Source of the DNA: a virus | Direction: 5' to 3' (one strand) | DNA: 64,000 nucleotides | IMG/VR virus record: IMGVR_UViG_3300035698_020241 | Span: 32,001 to 96,000 of that record | Shown: positions 1 through 9,109 of the stretch, piece by piece | Position numbering within the stretch: the first letter of the stretch is position 1 | Layout of the letters: each line of letters opens with the position of its first letter | The notes under the pieces: generated by a model | Database searches by the model: none | Seen by the model: only the letters and a program-made list of their open reading frames with translations | What the model was told of the DNA's origin: nothing | Position numbers and translations under genes: made by a program

Positions 1-2406
1 ATTTATCGGCGTTGTTTGTTGTTTGTTTATATGTTCTAATGTTTCCATAAAAATAGGCCATCTAAGCCAGTTTAACATAACTGTTGAATATAATGGTTTT
101 TTAGATTTAATAATCTCATACACCGTATCTTTGTCAAATTTATCGCATTTTGATATTAAGGTATTCAATTTTCTTTCATATTTCACATTGGATTTCTTAA
201 ATCCTCCGTTCTTTTTATTTGTATTACCGTATATATTAATACCCCATTTATTAAAAAAATTATCAGCACTTTTTTGTGCATATTGGTTATTATATCTTAC
301 TTTTCTATATTCTGGTGGATCTTGCGATACATCATTAACTGCTTTTAATTCATTTAGTGCTAATATTGCCCACAACCATCCGTCTTGTTTAATTTGCATA
401 GACAGATCAGTATCTCCCCAACCCACATAATAATTTTCCCAATCATAGTCACATTTTTCAAATACTTCTGATCGCATCATTGTTGTTGCACTACCAGATG
501 CGTCCGCATATTCAAAAGGAGGTTTAGGTTGGCTACCTCGTAACATATTTCCTGACACATTATATGATGTATATCCTGGAGAACACCAAGAAGCAACAGC
601 ACCTAAATTCTTCTTAGATATTAACAATGACGCAAGTGCCTCTACACCACCTGGTTGATGTGTTGTATCATCATCACCAAATAATATAAATGGTGTATTA
701 AATTCCAAAGCTTTATGTAATGTCTCCCATCTAGGTTTACCTGAACCGTGATTATGTTCTGTAAAAGATACATGTCCATTATAAAATTTATCTACAATAT
801 TTGAAATTTCTTTTCTACCCTTTTCATCCAATCTTCTCGCACCCTGAACTCTCAATGCTATGTTAATAGGAATTCCTATGGTATCAAGAAAATGGTTTAA
901 TGTTTTTTTTAATTTATCATAGCGTATATATGAAAGCATAACTATAGTTATCAAAGGTTCTTTCGTGTAATAAACTTCTTCTAATGCCTTTCTATCAAAT
1001 CCATCCCACATATTACATAATCTATCTATTTCTGGTTTTTTCGGACGGACATGAAACGGCGTGATCTTCATGTAAGGATCACATACATCAGTCTTGTAAT
1101 CATTAGACCGGTCACATATTCCCCAATTATTACCTATTTCTTTTATATGCTGTTTCCATTCAGGTTTATTCCATTTCAAAATTTGGCCACTTCTAACTCT
1201 TAAATCATTCGCGTCTTTTGTTCTATGAGAATGGAATAAATGATGTATTTTTGTCTGAAACCTTTTAGGAGGATATCCCATAGTATAGAATTTTGAAAGA
1301 GTTACATTATCTTCAAAACCCCACCCTTCTACCTCAAACATACCACGCATTTTATAAAACACATCTCTTTTTATAAATGTGGCGCCGCCAGCGGCACCAA
1401 ATATATTAGGTACTCGTTTTTTTACAACACGATGTTCTTCAATTTTTCCTGATTTCATATATTCTTTTGTTGCGTCCTCATTTAAAAATGGTAAAACACC
1501 CCAAGCAGCAGCAATAGGATAATCACAAGTAAACGCTTCATTAATCCAATCATTATTAACTATCAAATCAGAATCCATCAATATTAATGACTGGCCTGTT
1601 GATAATTCCTTTACACCAACATTAAATGCCCAGCCTCTATTAAATAATCCATCATACTTAGTGAATTTATAATTAAAATTCTTTACAAAATCAGAATCTA
1701 ATCCACGGATTGGACCAATTTCATGAATACATATTTCTAAATTCGGGTAATCTCTTTTATATGGCAATTTTTCTATGCATTTTTTAAATAATTCAAATCT
1801 TTCAGGATTATGCATATAAGGTATAATTATCGACACACTTCTATTTTCTGATAATATAACTTTATCAGTATCAGTTATTTTTATTAAATCTTTACGCATA
1901 TCACTATCAATATCGTTTCGTCTTCTACTAATATTAACAAATGTTTTTTGATATATATTACTCATACCTTTCACAGTCGCTTTTTGTTTCATATTATTCA
2001 CAGATACGATTTTATACATATTATCATCAATAACTTTTTGTCTTCTATTCTTACTAACATATGCGTTTTTATATATAGCCTCTGTAGCGGCTTTTTGTTT
2101 GATATTATTCTCAATAGCTTTTTGTTTCATATTATTCACAGGAGATTTATATATCGTATTATTCTCAATAGCTTGTTGTCTTCTAGTAGTATGAACAACG
2201 GCCTTTTGTTTCAAAGCCTCCACCGCTGCTTTTTGTTTAATACTATTCTCAATAGCTTGTTGTCTTCTAGTAGTATGAACAACGGCCTTTTGTTTCAAAG
2301 CCTCCACCGCTGCTTTTTGTTTAATACTATTCTCAATAGCTTTTTGTTTCATATTATCCATATGATTATTTTTTTTCATATCATTATCTGTGACTCTAAT
2401 ATCCAT
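1..2406 (-). CDS. Multi-domain GT-A (GT2-like) glycosyltransferase with repetitive N-terminus; runs off the left edge (absent from ORF track)
   Basis: Manually translated from ATG at 2406 with no stop before base 1 (>=802 codons). Domain 1 has SIIIPY, FNRGWAFN, LMDSD (DxD) and GWGFED; domain 2 has ITIVMLSY, FGDDD and YYVGWGDTD; a third domain begins LYSTVMLNWLR. Confidence 0.85.
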   Translation of the reverse strand, partial: MDIRVTDNDMKKNNHMDNMKQKAIENSIKQKAAVEALKQKAVVHTTRRQQAIENSIKQKAAVEALKQKAVVHTTRRQQAIENNTIYKSPVNNMKQKAIENNIKQKAATEAIYKNAYVSKNRRQKVIDDNMYKIVSVNNMKQKATVKGMSNIYQKTFVNISRRRNDIDSDMRKDLIKITDTDKVILSENRSVSIIIPYMHNPERFELFKKCIEKLPYKRDYPNLEICIHEIGPIRGLDSDFVKNFNYKFTKYDGLFNRGWAFNVGVKELSTGQSLILMDSDLIVNNDWINEAFTCDYPIAAAWGVLPFLNEDATKEYMKSGKIEEHRVVKKRVPNIFGAAGGATFIKRDVFYKMRGMFEVEGWGFEDNVTLSKFYTMGYPPKRFQTKIHHLFHSHRTKDANDLRVRSGQILKWNKPEWKQHIKEIGNNWGICDRSNDYKTDVCDPYMKITPFHVRPKKPEIDRLCNMWDGFDRKALEEVYYTKEPLITIVMLSYIRYDKLKKTLNHFLDTIGIPINIALRVQGARRLDEKGRKEISNIVDKFYNGHVSFTEHNHGSGKPRWETLHKALEFNTPFILFGDDDTTHQPGGVEALASLLISKKNLGAVASWCSPGYTSYNVSGNMLRGSQPKPPFEYADASGSATTMMRSEVFEKCDYDWENYYVGWGDTDLSMQIKQDGWLWAILALNELKAVNDVSQDPPEYRKVRYNNQYAQKSADNFFNKWGINIYGNTNKKNGGFKKSNVKYERKLNTLISKCDKFDKDTVYEIIKSKKPLYSTVMLNWLRWPIFMETLEHINKQQTTPIN
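2161..2340. repeat. 84-bp perfect tandem repeat (about 2.1 copies) encoding 28-aa units in the glycosyltransferase N-terminus
   Basis: ATTCTCAATAGC recurs at 2161, 2245 and 2329; the minus-strand unit is AIENSIKQKAAVEALKQKAVVHTTRRQQ. Confidence 0.95.
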
Positions 2407-2407
2407 A

Positions 2408-3580
2408 CTACCCCCATAATACCTTAGGAATTACAAGTTTTTTTAATATTTCTTTTTGTTCTGTGCTCCATTTAGGTATAAGATTAAGAACATATTCAAC
2501 TTCTTGTTCAACGGTTCTTGTAGGTTTATAACCTAAATCAGTAAGATTTTTAGTTATATACTTATAGTAATGGTCTCCGGTATGCTCATTACGAGGTGTT
2601 GTTATGTTTACTCGTTCAACATTCTTTATACCACATTTATCTGCTGTTTTAATTACCATATTTGCTACATCATTCATTGAAAACCACTCTGATAACTGAT
2701 TCCATACTTGTGGTCTACATTTCTTTGCTGGATTCTTTACAGCCAACATCATAGCCTGTACTGAATCATTCAATGATAAAAATCCTCTTTTATGATCTCC
2801 ATCTCCATATATTGTTAACGGTACACCAAGTAAGGCTTGAATTATAAATCTATTTAACACTGTACCAAAACATTCATCTGAATTAAAATCTGAATAGATT
2901 TTTGATTTATCTATAACATCTGTATATAATCCAAATACTATTGATTGTTGAGGATCTGTACATCTTAAACCCCATGATCTTGAACAAAAATCTATAAGAT
3001 ATGTTGATCCTGTTTTACTTGAATGATATATGGATCCAGGTTTTCGTGGAAATATCTGTTCTGTGGATTGTCTACCCTTATGTTCAAATTTAAAATATCC
3101 TTCTTCAATATCTATATTTGATTGATGATCATATTCACCAGTAGTTCCTATGGTTATATAATGAATTTCAGGATCATTATTCTTTATAGCCCATAATAAG
3201 TTATTGGTTCCCATAGTATTATTTTGTAGGGTAATTTCGGCGTGTCTCCGATCTATCATAGAATATGGACCAGAGTTGATGTGTGCTAAGTTAATAATCG
3301 TAGATGGTTTCCATTTTTGGATTATTATGTTCAAATGAGAAAAATCCTCTGCAATATCTATTCTTTCAAAGATATATTTCCCCATTTTTTTATACTTCTT
3401 TGTTTTTTCTAATTGTGTTAAAGTTGGACCTGCAGGAAATGAATTCATCTCCTTTATCAAGTCAATCTTCATAAGATTATCAAGTCCGATAACCGTATAA
3501 CCCTCACTCAAAAGGGTTTGTGTAAGGGCATTTCCTATGTAACCATTACAACCACACAATACAATTGTTTTTTCATTCAT
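2408..3580 (-). CDS. sqdB: UDP-sulfoquinovose synthase homologue (SqdB/SQD1/Agl3 family SDR)
   Basis: GCNGYIG Rossmann motif, PYSMIDR, GTTGEY, NIDIEEG, YHSSK (YxxxK with His), FGTVLNRF and PLTIYGDG match the SQD1/SqdB pattern. Confidence 0.85.
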   Translation of the reverse strand: MNEKTIVLCGCNGYIGNALTQTLLSEGYTVIGLDNLMKIDLIKEMNSFPAGPTLTQLEKTKKYKKMGKYIFERIDIAEDFSHLNIIIQKWKPSTIINLAHINSGPYSMIDRRHAEITLQNNTMGTNNLLWAIKNNDPEIHYITIGTTGEYDHQSNIDIEEGYFKFEHKGRQSTEQIFPRKPGSIYHSSKTGSTYLIDFCSRSWGLRCTDPQQSIVFGLYTDVIDKSKIYSDFNSDECFGTVLNRFIIQALLGVPLTIYGDGDHKRGFLSLNDSVQAMMLAVKNPAKKCRPQVWNQLSEWFSMNDVANMVIKTADKCGIKNVERVNITTPRNEHTGDHYYKYITKNLTDLGYKPTRTVEQEVEYVLNLIPKWSTEQKEILKKLVIPKVLWG

Positions 3581-3596
3581 ACAAATTAATCTCCTA

Positions 3597-4718
3597 TTAA
3601 TATACTTTAATAAATTCTGACGAATTGCCTCCTGTTGATTTAGCTCCTTGGTACCATGTGTTTACTATATCGTCAGCTACACTTTTATGTGTATTCAAAA
3701 AGGCACCAATTTCAAGGGAATGTAATATTGATTGCCAGTAACCTACAGCATCTATCACTATACCACTTTTATCTATTACATTTTTACCTTTAATTCTCAT
3801 TTTCATATTCTTTTCAATATCAGATGAAGAAAACTTATATCCGGTTTGTTTCCATAAGTTTAAAACTAATTTTGTAAGTTTTTGAGGTCCTTCATCAACA
3901 TACTGTTTTATACGGGACTTTGGCATTTGAGGTATCTTATACTTATCAACCATTTCTTTTTTGGCAGATGATGGAACCTTACCATGTCTAGCTGCTCCGC
4001 CTTTCATGATTACCTCACCACCGATATCTGCTTGTTTACTGATTCTAAAACTTCTAAAATTTATACCTATACTTTCTTTAGTAGTTATAACCAACATACC
4101 TGTAGGATATATTGCTTTAGGTTTTCTGATAATTTTGTATCCCACTATTTCAAAGTCACCACCTGTTCCTTCATGGGTAACCTTGGCTGATTTACCAACC
4201 TTTTTTAATGATATTGGTAAAACAATTCCTCTTTTCAAACTCTTTGATATATACATATTGAGTTCCGCTAAATGTCCAAACTGTGGTAACACCTCATCAA
4301 CAGATGCCCATATATCAGCAGGGTTCCATTTATCGTTTGCTAATTTTATACCATCAACATTTTTAAGTTTATTAAATTCTGAGTAAACAAGATTCATAAA
4401 TCCTGTACCTCTATAAAAGGTATAATCACCTCTTTTTAAAAACTTTGAAGATTTTAAAGCATTTGAAGCTTTTACTACACTTTCGGCCCAATCAGGTTTT
4501 TCTTGTGCAAATTCAAATAAATCACTTTGACCTGCATCAACTTTACAATACTTATCATATGATTGACCAAAAAGTTTACCATTTAATAAGTCTTCAACTG
4601 TAATATTTTTCTTCTTTTGTGCTATACCTAACGCAACACAATGAAGTCCTTCTTGTAATCTTGTAGTATTAGACGCTTCACCAGCAACCTCATTTATATA
4701 ATCATTAAATCTACTCAT
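3597..4718 (-). CDS. Hypothetical phage protein, possible PD-(D/E)XK-like nuclease
   Basis: 373-aa ORF; KWNPADIW...ISLKK pattern is only suggestive. Confidence 0.55.
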   Translation of the reverse strand: MSRFNDYINEVAGEASNTTRLQEGLHCVALGIAQKKKNITVEDLLNGKLFGQSYDKYCKVDAGQSDLFEFAQEKPDWAESVVKASNALKSSKFLKRGDYTFYRGTGFMNLVYSEFNKLKNVDGIKLANDKWNPADIWASVDEVLPQFGHLAELNMYISKSLKRGIVLPISLKKVGKSAKVTHEGTGGDFEIVGYKIIRKPKAIYPTGMLVITTKESIGINFRSFRISKQADIGGEVIMKGGAARHGKVPSSAKKEMVDKYKIPQMPKSRIKQYVDEGPQKLTKLVLNLWKQTGYKFSSSDIEKNMKMRIKGKNVIDKSGIVIDAVGYWQSILHSLEIGAFLNTHKSVADDIVNTWYQGAKSTGGNSSEFIKVY

Positions 4719-4733
4719 TGTTATTCTCCGTTA

Positions 4734-4991
4734 TTAACCTTCTGGCACAACAACATTTTTTCCTTCAGCTTTTTGTTTTTTATAATCATTCCAATACATT
4801 GACGAATTGCCTTCCCAATCACAGCAATCTGTTTTATTGTTATATTTTAACTCAAATCTAAATGTAGAAGGTATTTTAGTCATTATATTTCTACACTTTT
4901 GACACTTCCTTGGCCAATCACACTCTTTTACTGGTATTAATTTTTCTACTATTTCTTCACATTCATAACACACGAATTCGTATAGTGGCAT
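4734..4991 (-). CDS. FmdB-family zinc-ribbon protein
   Basis: MPLYEFVCxxC...CxxC signature. Confidence 0.75.
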   Translation of the reverse strand: MPLYEFVCYECEEIVEKLIPVKECDWPRKCQKCRNIMTKIPSTFRFELKYNNKTDCCDWEGNSSMYWNDYKKQKAEGKNVVVPEG

Positions 4992-5035
4992 TACTTAATC
5001 TCCTTTACATATTTTTATTATATTCATTTTTATTA

Positions 5036-5857
5036 TTAAACTTCTTTTAAAAAATGTGAAAGCATTCTTAACACACCTTTTGGTTTTATATCTTTATATG
5101 TAGGAAAAGCGAAAGACTTTTCATTACCTAAATAATGTATTCCACCTTCTCTATATTGTCCTACTGATTCTCCCCATGAAAAAACAGGAGATTTCTGCAT
5201 ATTTGCTATTACTGTCCAATGTCCTAATGGACATACAACAGCTTTAGCCATTGTAATATATTTCAAAATTTTCAAATATCCATTTTCAAAATAATTTATA
5301 TCTGAAAGTATTTTATTTTCATCAGGAAAATTAGTTTTCATATCACCAATTATCATGAATCCCTTATCTTTTAAGAATTCTAATATATGATCTGTTAAAA
5401 CTAAATTTGTAGTCGTATCCGGTATAAAAATCAACTTATCTTTATATTCATCTTCCACATCACCCAAAGGTATCTTTTCAAATATCTTCTTATGTATAGG
5501 ATATGAAGGTGTTGATTTGATATATTTTAAAAAGTGTATATCAATATCCTTTTTACTACATTTTTCCTTCTCTACTATTTCTTCTTTAAACATCTTAATG
5601 ATTGTATTGAAATCTTTCTGATTTAAGGAACCATAAGTATATCCATGTTGGCCATTTTCATCCCTTGATATATGTTCACCTACAGGTATAAATTTATGTG
5701 GGAAGTTATAAAGAAAGGAACGATTCCTATGCGTACAAACATACACATTATCTATTCCAACAACTTCATGTATCCATTTAATATGAGGCTGAAAATTTAA
5801 TATCTCATTCTTAAAATCACCAATATATGGTCCTAATGCTAACACAGTTTTTTTCAT
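5036..5857 (-). CDS. Hypothetical protein, possibly glycosyltransferase-related
   Basis: Long ORF; probable start MKKTVL at 5857; function uncertain. Confidence 0.55.
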   Translation of the reverse strand: MKKTVLALGPYIGDFKNEILNFQPHIKWIHEVVGIDNVYVCTHRNRSFLYNFPHKFIPVGEHISRDENGQHGYTYGSLNQKDFNTIIKMFKEEIVEKEKCSKKDIDIHFLKYIKSTPSYPIHKKIFEKIPLGDVEDEYKDKLIFIPDTTTNLVLTDHILEFLKDKGFMIIGDMKTNFPDENKILSDINYFENGYLKILKYITMAKAVVCPLGHWTVIANMQKSPVFSWGESVGQYREGGIHYLGNEKSFAFPTYKDIKPKGVLRMLSHFLKEV

Positions 5858-5874
5858 ACAGTTTCGTTTCACCT

Positions 5875-6333
5875 TTATTTTATTATCACATTTCCATTCC
5901 ATTCATTGAGAATCATTTCCTTCTCATCGAATGTTTGTTTATCAATCATAATAACTTCCGTATTTTTTAACACATCTCTAAACATACCATCAACCAAAAT
6001 CAATGACAGTTCAACACCTTCAAAGTTTAAAAAATTTATTAATACCTTGTTATTTCTCCTGAAGAATGAAATCAACCTATCTTCAGTGGTGTTCATAATA
6101 TAATACTTCTTAGAAGTCTTTCTTAGGATGTAATTATAAGTTCTTACATCTTTCTCAATAACAAACCTATTAGTCAATGGGTATAGTGATAGAACATCCT
6201 TAATTTTGTTTTCATTTGGATTATCAAAATCTAGTTTTATCAAATGTACTCTTGGTAGACCAGTAAGTTTTTCATCGTATAAATTTTCCTCATTAACAGT
6301 AATATAATCAGATCCAATTTTAGTTATACGCAT
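5875..6333 (-). CDS. Hypothetical protein
   Basis: ORF with RBS, co-oriented with neighbours. Confidence 0.7.
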   Translation of the reverse strand: MRITKIGSDYITVNEENLYDEKLTGLPRVHLIKLDFDNPNENKIKDVLSLYPLTNRFVIEKDVRTYNYILRKTSKKYYIMNTTEDRLISFFRRNNKVLINFLNFEGVELSLILVDGMFRDVLKNTEVIMIDKQTFDEKEMILNEWNGNVIIK

Positions 6334-6347
6334 TTACATTTTCCTCC

Positions 6348-7403
6348 CTATTTTATCCACTTATTTGTGTGTAATTTTACATACGCTTCAGACCAATCAT
6401 AACTGTTATTAACTATAAAAGAAAAAACATCACTAAATCCGTACTTTACACTATACATATTTATATCTTTACACTCTTTATATTTACGAGGGAATAAAAA
6501 GTATTTAACTTTTTTTGCATATTTACTTGGTGATATATCCAATCGTCTACCCTTTCTTTTTTTACCAATCATAAATTTTGTCATTAAATCAATTCCGGCT
6601 TTATCATTATCCGGCGCCACAATTATATATTCATCTGTTAATTTAAATATCTCTTTCATCAAATCGTCTGATATTTCTGCACCCAGACAAGTTGTTCCCT
6701 GCGAACCAATAGTCATGGCATCTAATAACCCCTCTACAATTATGATAGGTTTTTTTCTATCAAATTTATGTTTGTTATGTATGATACTACCTTTTGCTAT
6801 CGTTGGATTTTTATACTTTGGATCCATATCGGACCCTGGAGGACGACGAGCCTGAAAATAAATAATATCTTTATTTTCATCGTATATAGGAATAATTATT
6901 CTACCTTTATAATCATCTTTAAAAGCATATAATAATTCATATTCCTTAGATAGTTTCCTACTTTCACGAAAATCACATAAGAGTTTCAAATATTTCTTAG
7001 CCATAACTCCTTCTTGAGGAAGCATATCCGTTATACAACTATCTAATATATAATTATGATTCTCGGTAGATATCTCTTTTACAATCTTTTCTTTCTTTTT
7101 ATTGGAAAGTTTTTGAATAAGATAATCTGGATTATATTTGAAAAGATCCTTTTTGGCTTGATTTATATCAACACCTTTTATCATTGTATATAATTCAAGG
7201 AATGAACCACTTTTCATACAGTTAAAGCAGTGATACATAGGATTACCATTATTGAAATCAAGATGGAATCTTTTTTTGGTTTGACTTTTTTGTGAATCAC
7301 CACATAATAAACATCGAGCATGAAAATGTGTACCATTTTTTGATACAGTAACTAAAGCAAAAAATTCATACATAAAATCATCCACAACTTGTAAGTCTAA
7401 CAT
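6348..7403 (-). CDS. DNA primase (T4 gp61-like)
   Basis: Zinc-binding CxxCGDS...CFNC and TOPRIM motifs IVEGLLDA and DND. Confidence 0.9.
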   Translation of the reverse strand: MLDLQVVDDFMYEFFALVTVSKNGTHFHARCLLCGDSQKSQTKKRFHLDFNNGNPMYHCFNCMKSGSFLELYTMIKGVDINQAKKDLFKYNPDYLIQKLSNKKKEKIVKEISTENHNYILDSCITDMLPQEGVMAKKYLKLLCDFRESRKLSKEYELLYAFKDDYKGRIIIPIYDENKDIIYFQARRPPGSDMDPKYKNPTIAKGSIIHNKHKFDRKKPIIIVEGLLDAMTIGSQGTTCLGAEISDDLMKEIFKLTDEYIIVAPDNDKAGIDLMTKFMIGKKRKGRRLDISPSKYAKKVKYFLFPRKYKECKDINMYSVKYGFSDVFSFIVNNSYDWSEAYVKLHTNKWIK

Positions 7404-7417
7404 TTAATCTCCTTAAT

Positions 7418-7449
7418 AAAAAAACCCACACGGTAAAAACCATGTGGGT
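7418..7449 (-). terminator. Intrinsic terminator-like hairpin
   Basis: ACCCACATGG/CCGTGTGGGT stem followed by a U-run on the minus strand. Confidence 0.65.
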
Positions 7450-7494
7450 CCATTATACACTAACTAATTGTAATTGTAAATATAAATTATATTT

Positions 7495-7686
7495 TTATGC
7501 TAACTCAAAAAAGTAACATTCAAAATCCAATGGTGTATATATTATAGGCTTATTTTTATCCATATCTTCAAAATAACCTTTTATACAATACACTTTACCT
7601 TTTCGTGTTTTGCAATGATGGCAATTTACACAAAGTAATAATTTATTTTTTAATTCCTGGCATTCTTTTAACGGCATCATCTTCAA
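7495..7686 (-). CDS. Small Cys-rich hypothetical protein
   Basis: CxxCxxC motif. Confidence 0.55.
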   Translation of the reverse strand: MKMMPLKECQELKNKLLLCVNCHHCKTRKGKVYCIKGYFEDMDKNKPIIYTPLDFECYFFELA

Positions 7687-7978
7687 TCTCTTTCCTTATT
7701 TTTGGTGGGAATAATTTAAAAAACTTTGACATTTCAACTTCATCAACATTGAACATTATTGACATTGCGGCGGCAACTTCAAAAGGACCCCAACCTTTTT
7801 CTACTTTTTTTGTTTCGACATAAACCTTAGCCATAGCCCTCTTTAGTGTCTGTGAAACAGCTTGTCTTGAAATACCAAGTTCTTTTGCTATCTCTGCACC
7901 TGTCTTTGCCAAAACTTCTTCTTCAAAGACCATTTCTTGTCTTTCGCAATCTTCTATATGTTCTCTTAAACTACCCAT
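7643..7978 (-). CDS. Helix-turn-helix DNA-binding protein
   Basis: TGAEIAKELGISRQAVSQTLKRA (sigma region 4-like HTH). Confidence 0.75.
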   Translation of the reverse strand: MGSLREHIEDCERQEMVFEEEVLAKTGAEIAKELGISRQAVSQTLKRAMAKVYVETKKVEKGWGPFEVAAAMSIMFNVDEVEMSKFFKLFPPKIRKEIEDDAVKRMPGIKK

Positions 7979-8017
7979 GTTATTTATCTCCTAAAGTTTG
8001 TTGTTTATTAATATTAT

Positions 8018-8686
8018 TTATACGGTTTCAAACTCTTTTAGAACTTCTGGTTTATATTTTCTTAAAAAATTTATACAGTATTTAGTCTTATCGTTTACCC
8101 TCTGACCTGCTGGGTGAGATTTATCCCAAAGTTCTAAATTTTCAGGATCATTATCATTTCTAATACCATTTTTATGATGTACCTCTTCGTTTTTAGTTAA
8201 AGGTCTTCCTAATACACCGCTCATTATTTTTATATGTTCTCTAACTTGTCCATTACTATTAGAATTAGGATGTTTAGGTTCTCTAACTAAAATATATCCA
8301 CTCTCTGTCAAACTTTTATTTCCCCAAGCTAAACATCCACAAGATTTATGTCTATTGTTTCTTATATTACCAGATTCAGCAATGGTAATATTTCCACAAT
8401 CACATTTACATAACCATCTAGTACCTTTTTTATCATCAAATACTCTTTCAATAACCGTTAATTTATGAAATCTTTTTCCTGCTATATTATATTTTATACT
8501 TCGTTCTTTTTTCTGACATCCACAGTGGGTTTTTCTTTTTAGGTTTAAATCAGAAGTTTTTACTACTATTTCACTTCCACAATCACATTTACATAACCAT
8601 CTAGTAGGTTTTTTATCAACCATTTTAATGATATTTAAAATTCCATTTCTTTGTCCTGTTTTATCTTTCAGATTTGACATAAACAC
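8018..8686 (-). CDS. HNH homing endonuclease
   Basis: Two WLCKCDCG repeats plus EVHHKNGIRNDNDPENLELW. Confidence 0.9.
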   Translation of the reverse strand: MFMSNLKDKTGQRNGILNIIKMVDKKPTRWLCKCDCGSEIVVKTSDLNLKRKTHCGCQKKERSIKYNIAGKRFHKLTVIERVFDDKKGTRWLCKCDCGNITIAESGNIRNNRHKSCGCLAWGNKSLTESGYILVREPKHPNSNSNGQVREHIKIMSGVLGRPLTKNEEVHHKNGIRNDNDPENLELWDKSHPAGQRVNDKTKYCINFLRKYKPEVLKEFETV

Positions 8687-8734
8687 TCCTCAATTTATAT
8701 ACATTCTTATCAATATGTAATGTTTTAATTGTAT

Positions 8735-9109
8735 TTATACTTTACTTGAAAATTCTTTTTGGATAAAATCCAAAAATTTCTTATCAATAAAATCACGTTT
8801 ATACATTTCTCTTATAATATACCAGACAGACTTTTTCATATCATTATAGCAATCATCTTTAAAATCAGCTCGCCATAAATATTTCATAGAATTACCAAGA
8901 TTAAAACCCATATGCTCTACAACATCTATACATTCTACTGGTATATGATTATAATGTGATGGGTGATTTGACCTTTCAGGTCCTATATCTTCACTACCTC
9001 TCAGTATACCATCAGCATCAAGTCCCATTGCTATATCACATATATGATTCTCGAACTTTTCACACAATTTTCCACAATGCGTACATGTCCATTTAGTATC
9101 TTTTTGCAT
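8735..9109 (-). CDS. DUF3310-family protein
   Basis: NHPSHYN...ECIDV...FNLGNSMKYLWRA. Confidence 0.8.
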   Translation of the reverse strand: MQKDTKWTCTHCGKLCEKFENHICDIAMGLDADGILRGSEDIGPERSNHPSHYNHIPVECIDVVEHMGFNLGNSMKYLWRADFKDDCYNDMKKSVWYIIREMYKRDFIDKKFLDFIQKEFSSKV

